A stretch of DNA of 64,000 nucleotides from an uncultured Chloroflexia bacterium (GCA_963783135.1 CAWAMH010000001.1:152839-216838); one strand, 5' to 3'; positions 22,198-33,337 are shown, numbered from the stretch's first letter. Numbers and translations are program-made. The notes: generated by a model not told the origin, from the letters alone.

Positions 22198-23135
22198 CCT
22201 CCGCGCTCGAGCAGCGGCTTGACCTCGGTGATCAGCCGGGTCATGGACTCTTCGTCGTAGGTCGCCGGCAGGCCGGCGATGAAGTGGCGATAGCCGAGCT
22301 CGACGAACGGCGCGAGTCGCTCGGCGACGTCCTCGGGGGTCCCGACCGGCTGGTCCGTCCAGACCCTGGCGACACGGTTCCTGGCGAACGCCTCGCGCAT
22401 GAGCCGCTCCGCCTCGGCGCGGTCATCGCGGATGAAGACCGTGCCGATCCCGGTCGTCCGCTCGATCTCGCGCTCATCCCGTCCGACCGCGTCGCAATGC
22501 TCGCGCAGGATCGCCTCCTTGCGCCGGACGTTCTCGAGTCCGCCGCCGACGTTGTTCGCGTCGGCATACCGGGCGACGAGCTTGAGCGTGACCCGCTCGC
22601 CTCCGCCACCGACCAGGATCGGCAGATGGGCCTGGAGCGGCGCCGGAAGGTTCCGGGTGGCTCGACCGGTGTAGCGCGGACCCGTCGCCGACGGCTCGGA
22701 CCCATCAAGCATCCCGCGCATGATCGGGAGGGCCTCGGCGAGCCAGCGCAGTCGCTCCGGCGGGCCCTCTCCGAACCGAAGCCCGAACCCTTCGTGCTCC
22801 TCGCCGAACCAGGCGGCGCCGATCCCGAGGATGGCTCGTCCGCCCGAGATGTGGTCGAGCGTCGTGACCATCTTCGCGACGACCGTCGGCTCGCGGAACG
22901 TGTTCGCCCCGACCATGAGGCCCATCCGGATGCGGGACGTCGCCTGCGCCCACGCGGTCAGGACGAGCCAGCCCTCGAAGATCGGTCCGTGTGAGTCACC
23001 GACGATGGGATAGAGGTGGTCCCACGTCCAGAGTGTGTCGTAGCCCAGGCGGTCGGCCCGGACCCCGGCGTCCAGGAGCGATGGCCAGTCGGTGTACTGG
23101 TTCCAGCAGAGTGCGCCGAACTTCACGGTGGTCAT
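22194..23135 (-). CDS. LLM-class (luciferase-like) F420-dependent oxidoreductase
   Basis: TIM-barrel LLM motifs (LGYDTLWTWDHL…GIGAAWF…). Start at ATG 23135 (MTTVKFG). The ORF track's N-terminal extension is Arg-rich junk. Confidence 0.8.
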   Translation of the reverse strand: MTTVKFGALCWNQYTDWPSLLDAGVRADRLGYDTLWTWDHLYPIVGDSHGPIFEGWLVLTAWAQATSRIRMGLMVGANTFREPTVVAKMVTTLDHISGGRAILGIGAAWFGEEHEGFGLRFGEGPPERLRWLAEALPIMRGMLDGSEPSATGPRYTGRATRNLPAPLQAHLPILVGGGGERVTLKLVARYADANNVGGGLENVRRKEAILREHCDAVGRDEREIERTTGIGTVFIRDDRAEAERLMREAFARNRVARVWTDQPVGTPEDVAERLAPFVELGYRHFIAGLPATYDEESMTRLITEVKPLLERGG

Positions 23136-23308
23136 CGCGGAATCATAGGCCGCGCGCCCCCGGCTCGGACCGGACCGGAACGGGCGGCGGCGATCAGCGA
23201 CCCATCGGTCTCCACCAGCGGACGCGGCGAGACCGGCCCGGTGGGAGTCCGGACCGGTCTCGAGCCGGTGGATCTGCTGGTGTGTCGGCCGTCGCCGGCC
23301 GGTCGGGG

Positions 23309-23536
23309 TCAGCTCGTTGCGTCGGACCGCAGCCCGAGCTCCTCGCGGGCGACGCATTCGTCGAGCCGGCGAGCGATCCCGGCGGCGACGACGGCGCCGG
23401 TCCGCCGGAGCGCCGCGAACCGCGAGCTGTCACGCGAGCGCTGACGCGTCGCCTCGCGCGCGAGCCGCTCGCGGGCCGCCTCGAGCGCTCGGTCATCGGC
23501 CAGCTGACGGGCCTGAAGATAGAAGATCTGCCACAT
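23309..23536 (-). CDS. Hypothetical 76-aa helical protein
   Basis: ATG 23536 preceded by GGAGA (7-nt spacing). No family recognised. Its ATG lies 17 nt downstream of the stop of the small peptide ORF upstream. Confidence 0.35.
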   Translation of the reverse strand: MWQIFYLQARQLADDRALEAARERLAREATRQRSRDSSRFAALRRTGAVVAAGIARRLDECVAREELGLRSDATS

Positions 23537-23555
23537 GTCCGGGTCTCCTGACGGT

Positions 23556-23672
23556 CTATCGGCGGTGGTCATCGCCGATGGAGGGTCGCGTGTCGGCGCC
23601 CCACCGGAGGGCCGCGACGTCGAACGCGATGAGCGCCGCGATGATGGTGATGACGACGAGGATCGCTTCCAT
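23556..23672 (-). CDS. 38-aa hydrophobic peptide (MEAILVVITIIAALIAFDVAALRWGADTRPSIGDDHRR)
   Basis: Perfect SD GAAGGAGG 4 nt upstream of the ATG. Single predicted TM helix. Not in the ORF track because of its length. Confidence 0.4.
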   Translation of the reverse strand: MEAILVVITIIAALIAFDVAALRWGADTRPSIGDDHRR

Positions 23673-23685
23673 CGGGACCTCCTTC

Positions 23686-23775
23686 TGATAACCTCTTAAT
23701 CAACTCTTATCGGTTACCGGAGTATGGCCTCTTGCGCGTAACCTGTCAAGTGGTCTAATGTGGTTACTGCGATGG
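23686..23775. promoter_or_regulatory. Divergent intergenic region with four GTAACC/GGTTAC half-sites (candidate operator)
   Basis: Unusually AT-rich for this genome. gataACC, cGGTTACCGg, GTAACCtg…GGTTAC palindromes between the peptide operon and the CGNR regulator gene. Confidence 0.35.
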
Positions 23776-24380
23776 AAGCACTACCCCATGACCACGCCGC
23801 CGACCTCGAGACCGCGCTCGACTTCGTGAACACCCTCGAGCTCGTCCGCGGCGTCCCCACCGATCACCTGGGTTCAACCCGCGATGCGCTCGACTGGTTG
23901 CACGATCGCGGCCTGGTCCACGCCGAGACGGCCGATCCGTCTGGCCCCGCGGACGCCACCGAGGAGCGGACGCTCCGGCGGGTCCGCACGACCCGGGCCG
24001 CGTTGCGCGAGCTCGTCGACGCGACCTACGAGGGCCGGCCACCTACGACGGCCGCCGTCGAGGAGGTGAACCGAGCCCTGCAGTCGCGGTCGATCCTCCA
24101 GATCGTGCCGAGCTCCGACGGGGTCCTCGTGGGTCATCGCCACGTCGGCGACCCGGTCGACGACGCCCTCGCGAATCTCGCCCAGCAGATCGTCCGGGAG
24201 GTCGTCGGCGGCCGGCCCGAGCGGCTGCGCGCCTGCGCGAGCGAGACCTGCCGCTGGGTCTTCTACGACGACTCGCGGACCGGCCGTCGTCGCTGGTGCG
24301 ACATGTCGAGCTGTGGCAACCGGGCGAAGGCCGCCCGCCATCGGGCGCGAGCGAAGGGCGACCAGCCCCCGCCGGACTGA
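23760..24380 (+). CDS. CGNR zinc-finger domain protein (ABATE N-terminal domain plus zf-CGNR), putative stress-responsive regulator
   Basis: C-terminal C…C…C.CGNR…H motif ([37 protein letters not shown]). GTG 23760 or ATG 23772. Confidence 0.8.
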   Translation: MVTAMEALPHDHAADLETALDFVNTLELVRGVPTDHLGSTRDALDWLHDRGLVHAETADPSGPADATEERTLRRVRTTRAALRELVDATYEGRPPTTAAVEEVNRALQSRSILQIVPSSDGVLVGHRHVGDPVDDALANLAQQIVREVVGGRPERLRACASETCRWVFYDDSRTGRRRWCDMSSCGNRAKAARHRARAKGDQPPPD

Positions 24381-24383
24381 CCG

Positions 24384-26960
24384 TCAGTCGCGGACGACGA
24401 TGTTCACGAGTCGGCCGCCCGCGTTGATCACCCGCTCGGGCGTCCGTCCTGCGAGCAGCTCCTGGATCCGATCCCGCGCGAGGACCACCCGCTCGAGCTC
24501 GGCCGCGTCGATCCCCACCGGGACGACGACGCGGTCGCGGACCTTGCCGTTGATCTGGACCGGGATCTCGCGCGTCTCGTCGACGATCGCGCTCGGGTCG
24601 ACCGCCGGCCAGGCCTGGACATGGATGGACGCGCCCGCCGGCTGATCCGCCGCGATCCGCGACCAGAGCTCCTCGCTGATGTGCGGGGCGGCCGGGGCCA
24701 GCATCAGCAGCAGGAGACGGATCGCCTCGTTCCAGGCAGCCCCACCCGCGACCTCCGTCCCGCGGTAGCGGAACAGCGTGTTCGTCAGCTCCATCAGGTG
24801 GGCGACCATCGTGTTGAACCGGAAGCCTTCGTACTCCTCGGTGACGACGCGGAGCGTCCGATGAGCGGCCATCCGGATCGTCCGTTCGGCGGCTGCGGCG
24901 TCCTCGCCGCCCGGCAACCGGCCGGCCTCCGGATCGCCGGGCTCGGCCCCGGTCGGGTCGAGGACCGCGGTCCAGACGCGGTTCAGGAAGCGATGGACGC
25001 CGCCGATCCCGGTCTGACTCCAGGCGCCGCCCTGATCCCACGGACCCATGAACATCAGGAACAGGCGGACGGTGTCGGCGCCGTAGCGCGTGACGAGATC
25101 GTCCGGGTCCTGGACGTTGCCGCGCGACTTGGACATCCGCTCGCCGTCGGCACCCAGGATCTGGCCCTGGTTGAAGAGCCGCTTGAACGGCTCGCGATGA
25201 CCGACGATGCCGAGGTCCGCCAGCGCCTTCGTGAAGAACCGGCTGTAGAGCAGATGCATCACGGCGTGCTCCGCGCCACCGGTGTACTGGTCGACCGGCG
25301 TCCAGCGGTCGACGAGCTCGCGGTCGACCGGCGCGAAGTCGAGGTGGGGCGCCAGGTAGCGGAACCAATACCACGACGAGTCGATGAAGGTGTCCATCGT
25401 GTCGGTCTCGCGCCGGGCGGGCTGCCCGCAGCGCGGGCACGGGACGTCGAGGAAGGTCGGGTCGGTCTTGAGCGGGCTCTCGCCGCTGCCCTTGAAGTCG
25501 ACCTCCTCGGGGAGGCGGACGGGCAGGTCCTCGTCCGGGACCGGGACGATCCCGTCCGTCGGGCAGTAGATGACCGGGATCGGCGTCCCCCAGTAGCGCT
25601 GCCGGCTGACCAGCCAGTCGCGGATGCGGTAGGTGACCGACGAACCGGCCACGGCCGTCCCGCTCGAGCGCCTCGACGATCGCCCGGAAGCCGTCCGGGA
25701 TCGGACGCAGGCCGTCGTACGGACCCGACGCGACCATCACGTCGGTCGGCGCCTTGCTGACGTAGGCGCTCTCCAGCGGCCCGCCATCGGCCGGGGCGTC
25801 GGCCGGCCGGATGACCTCGCGGATCGCCAGCCCGAACTTCTGGGCGAACTCGAAGTCGCGCTCGTCGTGGGCCGGGACCGCCATGATCGCGCCCGTGCCG
25901 TAGCCGGCCAGCACGTAGTCGGCGATCCAGATCGGGATCCGCTCGCCGTTGATCGGGTTGATCGCATCGGCGCCGAGCGGCACGCCGGTCTTCGGCCGGT
26001 CGGTCGACAGCCGCTCGATCTCGGTCTGGCGGCGGGCCTGGGCGAGATACGCCGCGACCGTGTCGCGCTGACCTGGCGCGGTCAGCGTCTCGACCAGCGG
26101 ATGCTCGGGGGCGAGGACCATGAACGTGGCCCCGTACAGCGTGTCCGGTCGGGTCGTGAAGACGCGCAGCAGCGTCGCCGCCCGGTTGATGGTCGTCCGG
26201 CGCCGTCGTGAAGTCGATCTCGGCGCCCTCTGAGCGGCCGATCCAGTTCGTCTGCTGGACCTTGATCGGCTCCGGCCAGTCGATCCCGCCGAAGTCCAGG
26301 AGCTCGTCGGCGTACTTCGTGATCCGGAAGAACCACTGCTCGAGGTCGCGCTTCTCGACGAGCGCGCCGCAGCGCCAGCAGCGCCGCTCCGGTCCCTCGA
26401 CCTGCTCGCGGGCCAGCGTCCCGTCGTTCGGGCACCAGTCGACCGGGGCCATCGCCCGATACGCCAGACCGGCCTCGAGGAAGCGCAGGAAGAACCACTG
26501 GTTCCAGCGGTAGTACTCGGGCCAGGCCGTGACCAGCTCGCTCGACCACTGGAACGCCGTTCCCATCGTCCGCAGCTGGCTCGCGCATGTGGTCGATGTT
26601 CTGCATCGTCCAGGTCGCCGGGTGGACGCCGTTCTTGATGGCGGCACCCTCGGCGGGCAGGCCGAACGCGTCGAACCCGATCGGGAAGAAGACGTTCTCG
26701 CCCTTCATCCGGTGGTAGCGCCCGAGGGCATCGGTCGGGGTCTTCACGTACCAGTGGCCGATGTGGAGATCGCCCGACGGGTAGTCGTACATCGTCAGGA
26801 GGTAGTACTTCGGCCGGGACTCGTCGTCGAGGTCGGACTCGTACAGACCCTGCTCCACCCAGCGCGCCTGCCAGCGCGGCTCGATCGTCGCGGGATCGTA
26901 GCGCTCGATCCGGTGGCGCTCCGGGCGGGTCGCGGGACCCTGGCCCTCCGTCGTCGTCAC
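24384..26960 (-). CDS. leuS: Leucine--tRNA ligase, split over four frame segments by three apparent 1-nt insertions
   Basis: GTG start 26960 (VTTTEGQG…[15 protein letters not shown] motif). Middle (…[14 protein letters not shown]…, [15 protein letters not shown]…) and C-terminal (…[14 protein letters not shown] motif…) parts are recovered in shifted frames. Start and end are in the same frame. Confidence 0.85.
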
Positions 26961-27045
26961 GCTGCTGCCTCGTCCATGTGGGGTCGCCCAAGTGTAATCG
27001 ACGGGTTCGTCAGCGGGGCCTGCGGAGGCAGGGTAGAGTCGGTCC

Positions 27046-28046
27046 GTGGACGGACTTCGGCCGCGCCCCGCCAGGTCGCCCAGCTCGCGGCTGATCGTGC
27101 TGTTCACGCTCGTGGCGCTGACGGCCGTCGTCGCGGCGGGCTGCGACCCATTCGCGAGCGCCACGACCGCGCCCGTCGCCGACGCGACACCGACCGCCGC
27201 CGCCCCGACCCAGACGACACGGCCGACGTCCTTGCCGACCCCGATCCCGACGGCGAGCCCGACACCCACGCCGACAGCGAGCCCGAGCCCGACGCCGACC
27301 CCGACCGCGAGCCCGACGCAGGCGGCCACCGACGCCCTCGTCAAGCCCTGTCCCGGGGTCACACCGACGACCCACCTCAAGGGTCAGTGGAGCCCGGGCC
27401 AGAGTCGGAACTGGTCCGGCTACGTGGCCAGCCACGGGTCGTTCGACTGCGTCGAAGCGACCTGGGTCCAGCCCAAGGTGCGCTGCCGCGGCAACGCGGC
27501 CCAGTCCGTCGTGTACTGGGTCGGTCTCGGTGGCTATGGCCAGCGATCGCTCGTCCAGGTCGGGACCGAGTCGATCCTGCCTGCACGGGACCGCTGTCAC
27601 GGCCGCCTGGCACGAGTCGCTGCCGAAAGAGCACTTCTCGATCCGGACCCCGACCCGGATCAAGGTCGGCGACCGGATCTGGGCCCAGGTCCGCTGGCTC
27701 GGCGGATCGCGCTACCGACTGTCGCTGGCGAACCTGTCGAACCGCGAGCACTTCTCGGTCAAGGTCACCAACTCGACGGTCAAGCGGACGTCCGCCGAGT
27801 GGATCGTCGAGGCGCCGACCGGCGGCTGCCCGTCGCGCTGCCGGACGCTGCGCATGCCGGACTTCGGCACGTTCAAGTTCAGCGGGGCGTGGGCGACGAT
27901 GACCGGCCGGCGGGTCCAGGTCGACGCGTCGCGGTTCGTCGCGATCGTCGAGCGGATGATCAGCGTGTCGGGAGCGGTCCGCGCCGAGGTGACGTCGACG
28001 GCCGCCACCGGGACCTCGTTCTCGGTCCGCTGGCGGAGGCCAGTAG
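27046..28046 (+). CDS. Lipoprotein with Pro/Thr-rich linker and G1 (eqolisin)-family glutamic peptidase-like domain; frameshifted, end uncertain
   Basis: Signal peptide plus lipobox (VVAAGC). NWSGYVA…ATWVQP…WVGLGGY…LVQVGTES then frame switch to …[13 protein letters not shown]…. The frame-2 ORF runs to 28132 over the tRNA. An alternative frame-0 stop lies at 28044-28046. Confidence 0.45.
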
Positions 28047-28060
28047 CGACGCGGCAGCAG

Positions 28061-28136
28061 TGGTGGAGCTACGGGGATTCGAACCCCGGACCTCCTGCAT
28101 GCCATGCAGGCGCTCTTCCAGCTGAGCTATAGCCCC
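28061..28136 (-). tRNA. tRNA-Ala (anticodon GGC)
   Basis: 76 nt, encoded CCA. Cloverleaf derived by hand: GGGGCTATAGCTCAGCTGGAAGAGCGCCTGCATGGCATGCAGGAGGTCCGGGGTTCGAATCCCCGTAGCTCCACCA. G3:U70 Ala identity pair. Confidence 0.9.
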
Positions 28137-28232
28137 ACGGGACGGGCAGTATATCAGCGAGCTCTTCGGCGACGGCACGGTCGCCAGGGCCGACCCGCGC
28201 GAGACCGCCGACGCGTGTGTCACCATCGGGTC

Positions 28233-29861
28233 GTGACGGCGTTCGACCTGCTCATCCTCGGTGGGACGCTGATCGACGGGACCGGGGCGCCGGGGATCCG
28301 GGCGGATGTCGGGGTGATCGGCGACCGGATCACGGCCGTCGGCGACCTCGCTCCGGCGGCCGAGGCGATCGGGACCGACGCCGTCATCGATGCGACGGAC
28401 CGCGTGGTGTGCCCCGGATTCATCGATGTCCACGGGCATTCGGACACGTCGGTGCTCGTGGATCCGGCCGTGGCCAGCCACCTCCATCAGGGCTTCACGA
28501 CCCAGCTGTCGGGCAATTGCGGCGAGACGCTTGCGCCCGTCACCGAGCCCGGTCGCGAGCTGGTCGAGCTGGCGATGGCCGGCTCCGGTCTCGAGCCGGC
28601 ATGGCATCGGTTCGGCGCCTATCTGAAGGCCGTAGAGCGACTCGCGCTCGGGCCGAACCACGCGTTCCTCGTCGGTCACGGCACGATCCGCAGCGCCGTC
28701 CTCGGGCCAGCCGACCGAGCGCCGACCGATGACGAGCTGAAGGCGATGGTCCGCCATCTCCGGGAGGCCCTCGATGCGGGGGCCTTCGGTCTGAGCAGCG
28801 GGCTCATCTACGCCCCGGGGATGCACGCCCGGCCTGAGGAGCTCGTCCGACTCGCGACCGTGACCGCCAAACGCGGCGGTCTGTATGCGAGCCACATCCG
28901 GAACGAGTCGGATGGCCTGTTCGATGCCCTCGCCGAGGCGCTCGCCACGATCCGGGCGGCCGGCTCGGGCGCCCGTCTCCAGGTCTCCCACCTCAAGGCG
29001 GGGTCGGTCTCGACCTGGGGTCGTGGACCGGAGGCCATCGCGCTGCTCGACCGCGCGCGCACTGACGGGATCGACGTCGGCCGCGGATCAGTATCCGTAC
29101 ACCGCTGCCGCGACGACGCTCGCGGTCATCCTGCCGCCGGCGCTGCTCGCTCGGCCGGTCCAGGAGCTCGTCGAGGCCCTCGACGAACCCGACATCCGGG
29201 CCGGGATCAAGGAGACGATCGAGACCGGCCTGCCCGGCTGGGAGAACGCCGCGGCCGATCCGGGCTGGGCGGGCCTGCGCGTGTCCGATTCGGAGACCCA
29301 CGCCGACCAGGACGGGCCACACGCTCGCCGAGCTCGGTGCCGAGCTGGAGCGCGACCCGGCCGATGTCGCCTTCGACCTGCTCGCCGACGACCGCCTCAC
29401 GACGACCGTCGTGATGGACTGCATGAGCGACGCGGACGTCGATGCGATCCTGGCGACCCCGTGGATCGCGGTCTGTACCGATGCCGCCGGTCATCGACCC
29501 GACCACCCGATCCTCGGTGGCGGCGATCCCGCACCCGCGCGGCCTACGGCAGCGCCCCACGCGTGCTCGGGCGGTATGTCCGCGAGCGCGGGCTCCTCGA
29601 GCTCGAGACGGCGATCGCCAAGCTCAGCTCGGTGCCGGCCGAACGGCTCGGCCTATCCGATCGGGGTGTCGTCCGCCCGAAGACCGTTCGCCGACATCGT
29701 CGTGTTCGACCCGCGGTCCGTCATCGACGAGGCGACCGAACTCGACCCCCATCGTTATCCGACGTGGGATCGACCACGTCGTCGTCAACGGCGTCGTCGC
29801 GATCGCCGAGGGCGTCGAGACCGGGCGGACGGCCGGACGGCTGCTCCGCTCGAGCCGATGA
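28233..29861 (+). CDS. N-acyl-D-amino-acid deacylase (D-aminoacylase, amidohydrolase-3 family), disrupted by about 6 successive +1 frame shifts as assembled
   Basis: GTG start. LILGGTLIDGTG…GFIDVHGHSD… in frame 0. Downstream segments (ADQYPYTAAATTLAV…, HTLAELGAELERDPADVAFDLLADDRLTTTVVMDCMSDADV…, AAYGSAPRVLGRYVRERGLLELETAIAKLSSVPAERLGL, FADIVVFDP…, IDHVVVNGVVAIAEGV…) cycle through frames 0,1,2,0,1,2,0. Confidence 0.7.
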
Positions 29862-30688
29862 CGACCTCGATCGAGACGACCGAGCGCGTCGAGCTCGCCG
29901 GCGGTCCTTTGCCGTACGTCCTGCGCCGGTCCCGTCGCGCCCGGCGGCTCCGCGTCGTCATCGACCCGGCCCGCGGCGTGGTCGTGACCGTCCCGGCTGG
30001 CCGTCCGGGCGCCCGTGAGGCGGTCGCCCACGTCGAGCCGTTCCTGCGCGAGCGCGAGCCCTGGATCCGGCGGCACCTCGCCGATCAGGCGCGCGCCCGC
30101 TCGGCGGTCGCCGGTGGCTCACCGGCCGAGCTCGTCGACGGTGCCCGACTCCGGTTCCGCGGCATCGTGCACGCCCTCAGGGTCGAAGCGGCTGCGCCGG
30201 GTATCCGGCGCACGACGGTGCTCGCTGGCTGGTCGGCGCTCGACGGGACATCGACGACGGCGCGGTCGGGTATCCACGAGATCGTCGCCCGGGTCGCGAC
30301 CGGCTGACCGCCGCTCGCTCGCGACCGTCCTCGAGATCGTGGCTCCGTCAGCGGGCAGCCGCCGACATCGAGGCGGCGCTCGACCGCCACGCGGCGGCGC
30401 TCGGCGTCGACCCCGGCCGAGTCTCGATCCGCGACCCGAAGACGCGCTGGGGGAGCGCCGCGAGAAGCCGGCCGTCTCGCCTTCTCGTGGCGGCTCGTGC
30501 TCGCGCCGCCCGAGGCCCTCGAGACGGTCGTCGTCCACGAGCTCGCCCACCTGCGCGTGTTCGGCCACGGGCCGGAGTTCTGGGCGGTCGTCGCGTCGCG
30601 GGTCCCGGATCACGTCGACTGGCGACGCTGGTTGCGCGAACACTCCGTCGAGCTCCATGCGGCGCTGGCCGAGGAGCCGCCGGGCTGA
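29858..30688 (+). CDS. DUF45/YgjP-like metal-dependent hydrolase (HExxH), frameshifted 3-4 times as assembled
   Basis: ATGA overlap with the previous gene. N-terminal LPYVLRRSRRARRLRVVIDPARGVVVTVP. Middle …AADIEAALDRHAAALGVDPGRVSIRDPKTRWGS. C-terminal …FSWRLVLAPPEALETVVVHELAHLRVFGHGPEFW, in three different frames. Confidence 0.65.
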
Positions 30689-30712
30689 CGCCGGGCGAGG
30701 ACGACGCTCCGG

Positions 30713-31324
30713 TCAGCCGAGCAGGAGGGTCGTGATCGCGCCTCCGAGCGCGACGAGGGCGGCGAGCTCCGCCCAGAAGCACCGCCGGATCTGCCTCTCG
30801 CGGATCAGCGCCGCGGCATCGGCATCGGCGCCGATCGTATTCCCGACGGCGATGCCGCCGGACCGGCCGATCTCGAGCGCCGCCGCGGCAGCCACCAGAC
30901 CGCCGACGATGAACGGCCAGTCCAGGACTTCGACGGTCCGCTGGACCGCGAGGGTCCTGCCCAGGATGGCGACGACGATCCCGAGGACCGCGAGTCCAAC
31001 GATGAACATCGCGCCGATGGTCGTCGTCGTCGGCTCGAGGGAACGTCGACGAGCCAGGACGATCCCAAGGCCGACGCCCGCTCCGACCACGGCTGGGCCC
31101 GCCACGACGATGGGGGCGGCCGGCAGCCCGTTGGTGATCGCGAGCAACCCCACGACGACGCCGAGGATGCCGATCCCCTCGATGTACGCCGCGTGGATGA
31201 CGAACAGGCTACGCGCCGGTGCCGCCGCCTCAGGAGTGCCGAGTGGTCGGACGCTGGATGTGAGCAGCCCGAGCGCCATCGTCGCCCCGAACAGCACGAT
31301 CCCTGTGAGCCAGAACGGTCCCAT
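30713..31324 (-). CDS. Small polytopic membrane protein with an internal duplication (DUF350-like), downstream of the flotillin gene
   Basis: ATG 31324 lies 8 nt after the flotillin stop. Two Gly/Ala/Val-rich helical hairpins. Confidence 0.5.
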   Translation of the reverse strand: MGPFWLTGIVLFGATMALGLLTSSVRPLGTPEAAAPARSLFVIHAAYIEGIGILGVVVGLLAITNGLPAAPIVVAGPAVVGAGVGLGIVLARRRSLEPTTTTIGAMFIVGLAVLGIVVAILGRTLAVQRTVEVLDWPFIVGGLVAAAAALEIGRSGGIAVGNTIGADADAAALIRERQIRRCFWAELAALVALGGAITTLLLG

Positions 31325-31332
31325 GACGGCCG

Positions 31333-33289
31333 TCAGCCAGTCCGCGCCCCGTACTTCCGCATGAAGTCGCCGAGGGTCAGCGACCCGATCGGGCCCTGGA
31401 GCTCCGCCGGGCAGCGACGTGAACAGTTGCCGGACGATCGTCGGCGCATCGTGCGACTCGGCGAAGTCGGCGACCTTGCGGTTGCCCAACCGCTCGATGC
31501 CCGGGATCCCGGACGCGAGCCGGGCCATCCGCTGGAGCTCGTCGTCGAAGCCGAGACGGGTCACGGCGGCGTCGAGCGCGGCGGTCGACCGCGCCGCGCT
31601 CGAGCGGGTGGGCTCGGTCGCCGCGGAGGCCTGGGTCGTTGCGGCCGGAGGTGCCGGGGCCGTCGGCGGCCGGCGGGGCGGCCGCGGCCGCCGGCTGGCT
31701 CGCGGGCTTGCCGGCGGCGGCAGGCGGCTCATCGGACTTCTTGGCGGCGGCCGCCGCATCCGCCGCGTCGGCGCGTGCCGACGCCTTGGCCCGGGTCTCC
31801 GAGTCCGCAGCCATCGTGGCCGCTTCGGCGTCGGCGGCCGCCTTGGCCTCGGTCTCGGCTGCCTCCGCCTCATCGGCCGCGAGCGCGGCCGCCTTCTCGG
31901 CGCGGGCCGTCCGGCGCGCGCGGACGTCGGTGGCCAGTCGCAGCCACGCCGCCCGTCGACGCCTCGCCGACGTTGGTCATCGCCGAGTCGACCGCCGAAC
32001 GCAGGTCGATCCCGGTCAGCGACTGGACGACCGCGCTCGCCTGGGCGACGGTGTTCGTGGCGGTCCGGACGACCTCCGACGCGCCGTCGGTCGAGAGGAT
32101 CGTCAGCGACTCGATCGCCGGAGATCGGCTCGGCCGCCGCGCGGACGATGTCCGGCAGCCGCTCGAGGATCGCCGAGACGATCGCGGCCTCGTTGAACTG
32201 GCGGTAGGCCTCTGCCCGCAGTGAGAGTGCCTCTGCCTCGGCCTCGCCCCGGGCGTAGATGGCATCGGCGGCGGCCTGGCCCTCGATCCGGACCCGCTCC
32301 GCTTCGCCCTGGGCGGCGGCGATCGTGGCCGACTTGGCGCCCTGGGCGCGAGCGACGGCAGCGGTGGCCTCGGCCTGGGCGGTCTTGATCTGCGTTGCGA
32401 GGAGCTCCTTCTCGCGTCTCACGGCCTCGAGCTCGGCCAGCTCGGTCTGGCGCCGGGTGACCGCCTGGGCCGCCTCGGCGTCGGCGAGCGGCCCGGCCTG
32501 CGCGGCTCTGCGCTCCGCGGCGTCGGTCTGGGCCTTCGCGTCGGCGGCGGTGAGCTGCTGGGCCCGACGCGCCTCGATGATCTTCTGCTCGGCCTGGGCG
32601 GTCGCGACCTCGGCGTTCTGACGGACCGTCTGGTAGCTCTGCTTGCCGAGCTGGGCGATGTAGCTCTCCTGCCCGGCGAAGCCTTCGTCGGTGATGTCCT
32701 GGATGTTGAGGATGTCGAGGTCGATGCCGAGCGGCTCGAGCTCCTTCTTCGCCTCGAGGAAGACGAGGTCGATGAGGGTCTGCCGTTCCTTGACCAGGGC
32801 GTCGATCGTGAGCTTGCCGACGATGCTCCGGAGCGAGCCGATGAGGACCTGCTGGACGGTCGGCTCGATCTGGTCCTCCTGGCCGAGGAAGCGCTCAGCC
32901 GCGGCCCGGATCTGGGTCGGCTGACGGCCGATCTTGAACACGGCGGTCGCGTTGACCCGGACGCGGATCCCCTGGGCGGTGACGCCGTCGTCGAGATTGA
33001 TCGCCGACGGGTAGGTCTGGAGCGACAGCCGGAACGCTCGGTGCTTGATCGGGATGACGAGCGCGCCGGCCCCCACCACGACACGGTTGCCGCTGTCGGT
33101 CAGGGCGGCGACCTCGCCCGATGGCTGGCGGATCTTCGCGCCCTGGGCACCGGCGATGATCAGCGCCTCGTTCGGGCCGGCCACCTGGTAGCGGCGGGAG
33201 GCGTAGAGGACCAGCAGGACGACGATGACGACGATCGCGAACACCGCGAGGACTCCGCCGCCCCCGACGTCGAAGAGGCCGTTCAGCAT
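31333..33289 (-). CDS. Flotillin-like SPFH/band-7 protein (FloT/YqiK family) with an Ala/Glu-rich tail and a C-terminal HhH-like segment; at least 3 frame shifts as assembled
   Basis: N-terminal TM plus SPFH domain and flotillin coiled-coil repeats (…AQAEQKIIEARRAQQ…) over 33289-32140. Continuation (AIESLTILSTDGASEVV…, Ala-rich tail, …GFDDELQRMARLASGIPGIERLGNRKVADF…LTLGDFMRKYGARTG*) found by stitching frames. End at TGA 31333-31335. Confidence 0.7.
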
Positions 33290-33337
33290 CAGATCGGTTC
33301 CTTTCCGCTGGAGATCGGTGCCGGCTCGGGCCGGGGT

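Noticed and set aside
24043-26991. 982-aa minus-strand ORF
   Set aside because: Only its central part is LeuS. The true N- and C-terminal LeuS segments lie in the other two frames (GTG 26960 start and 24384 stop).
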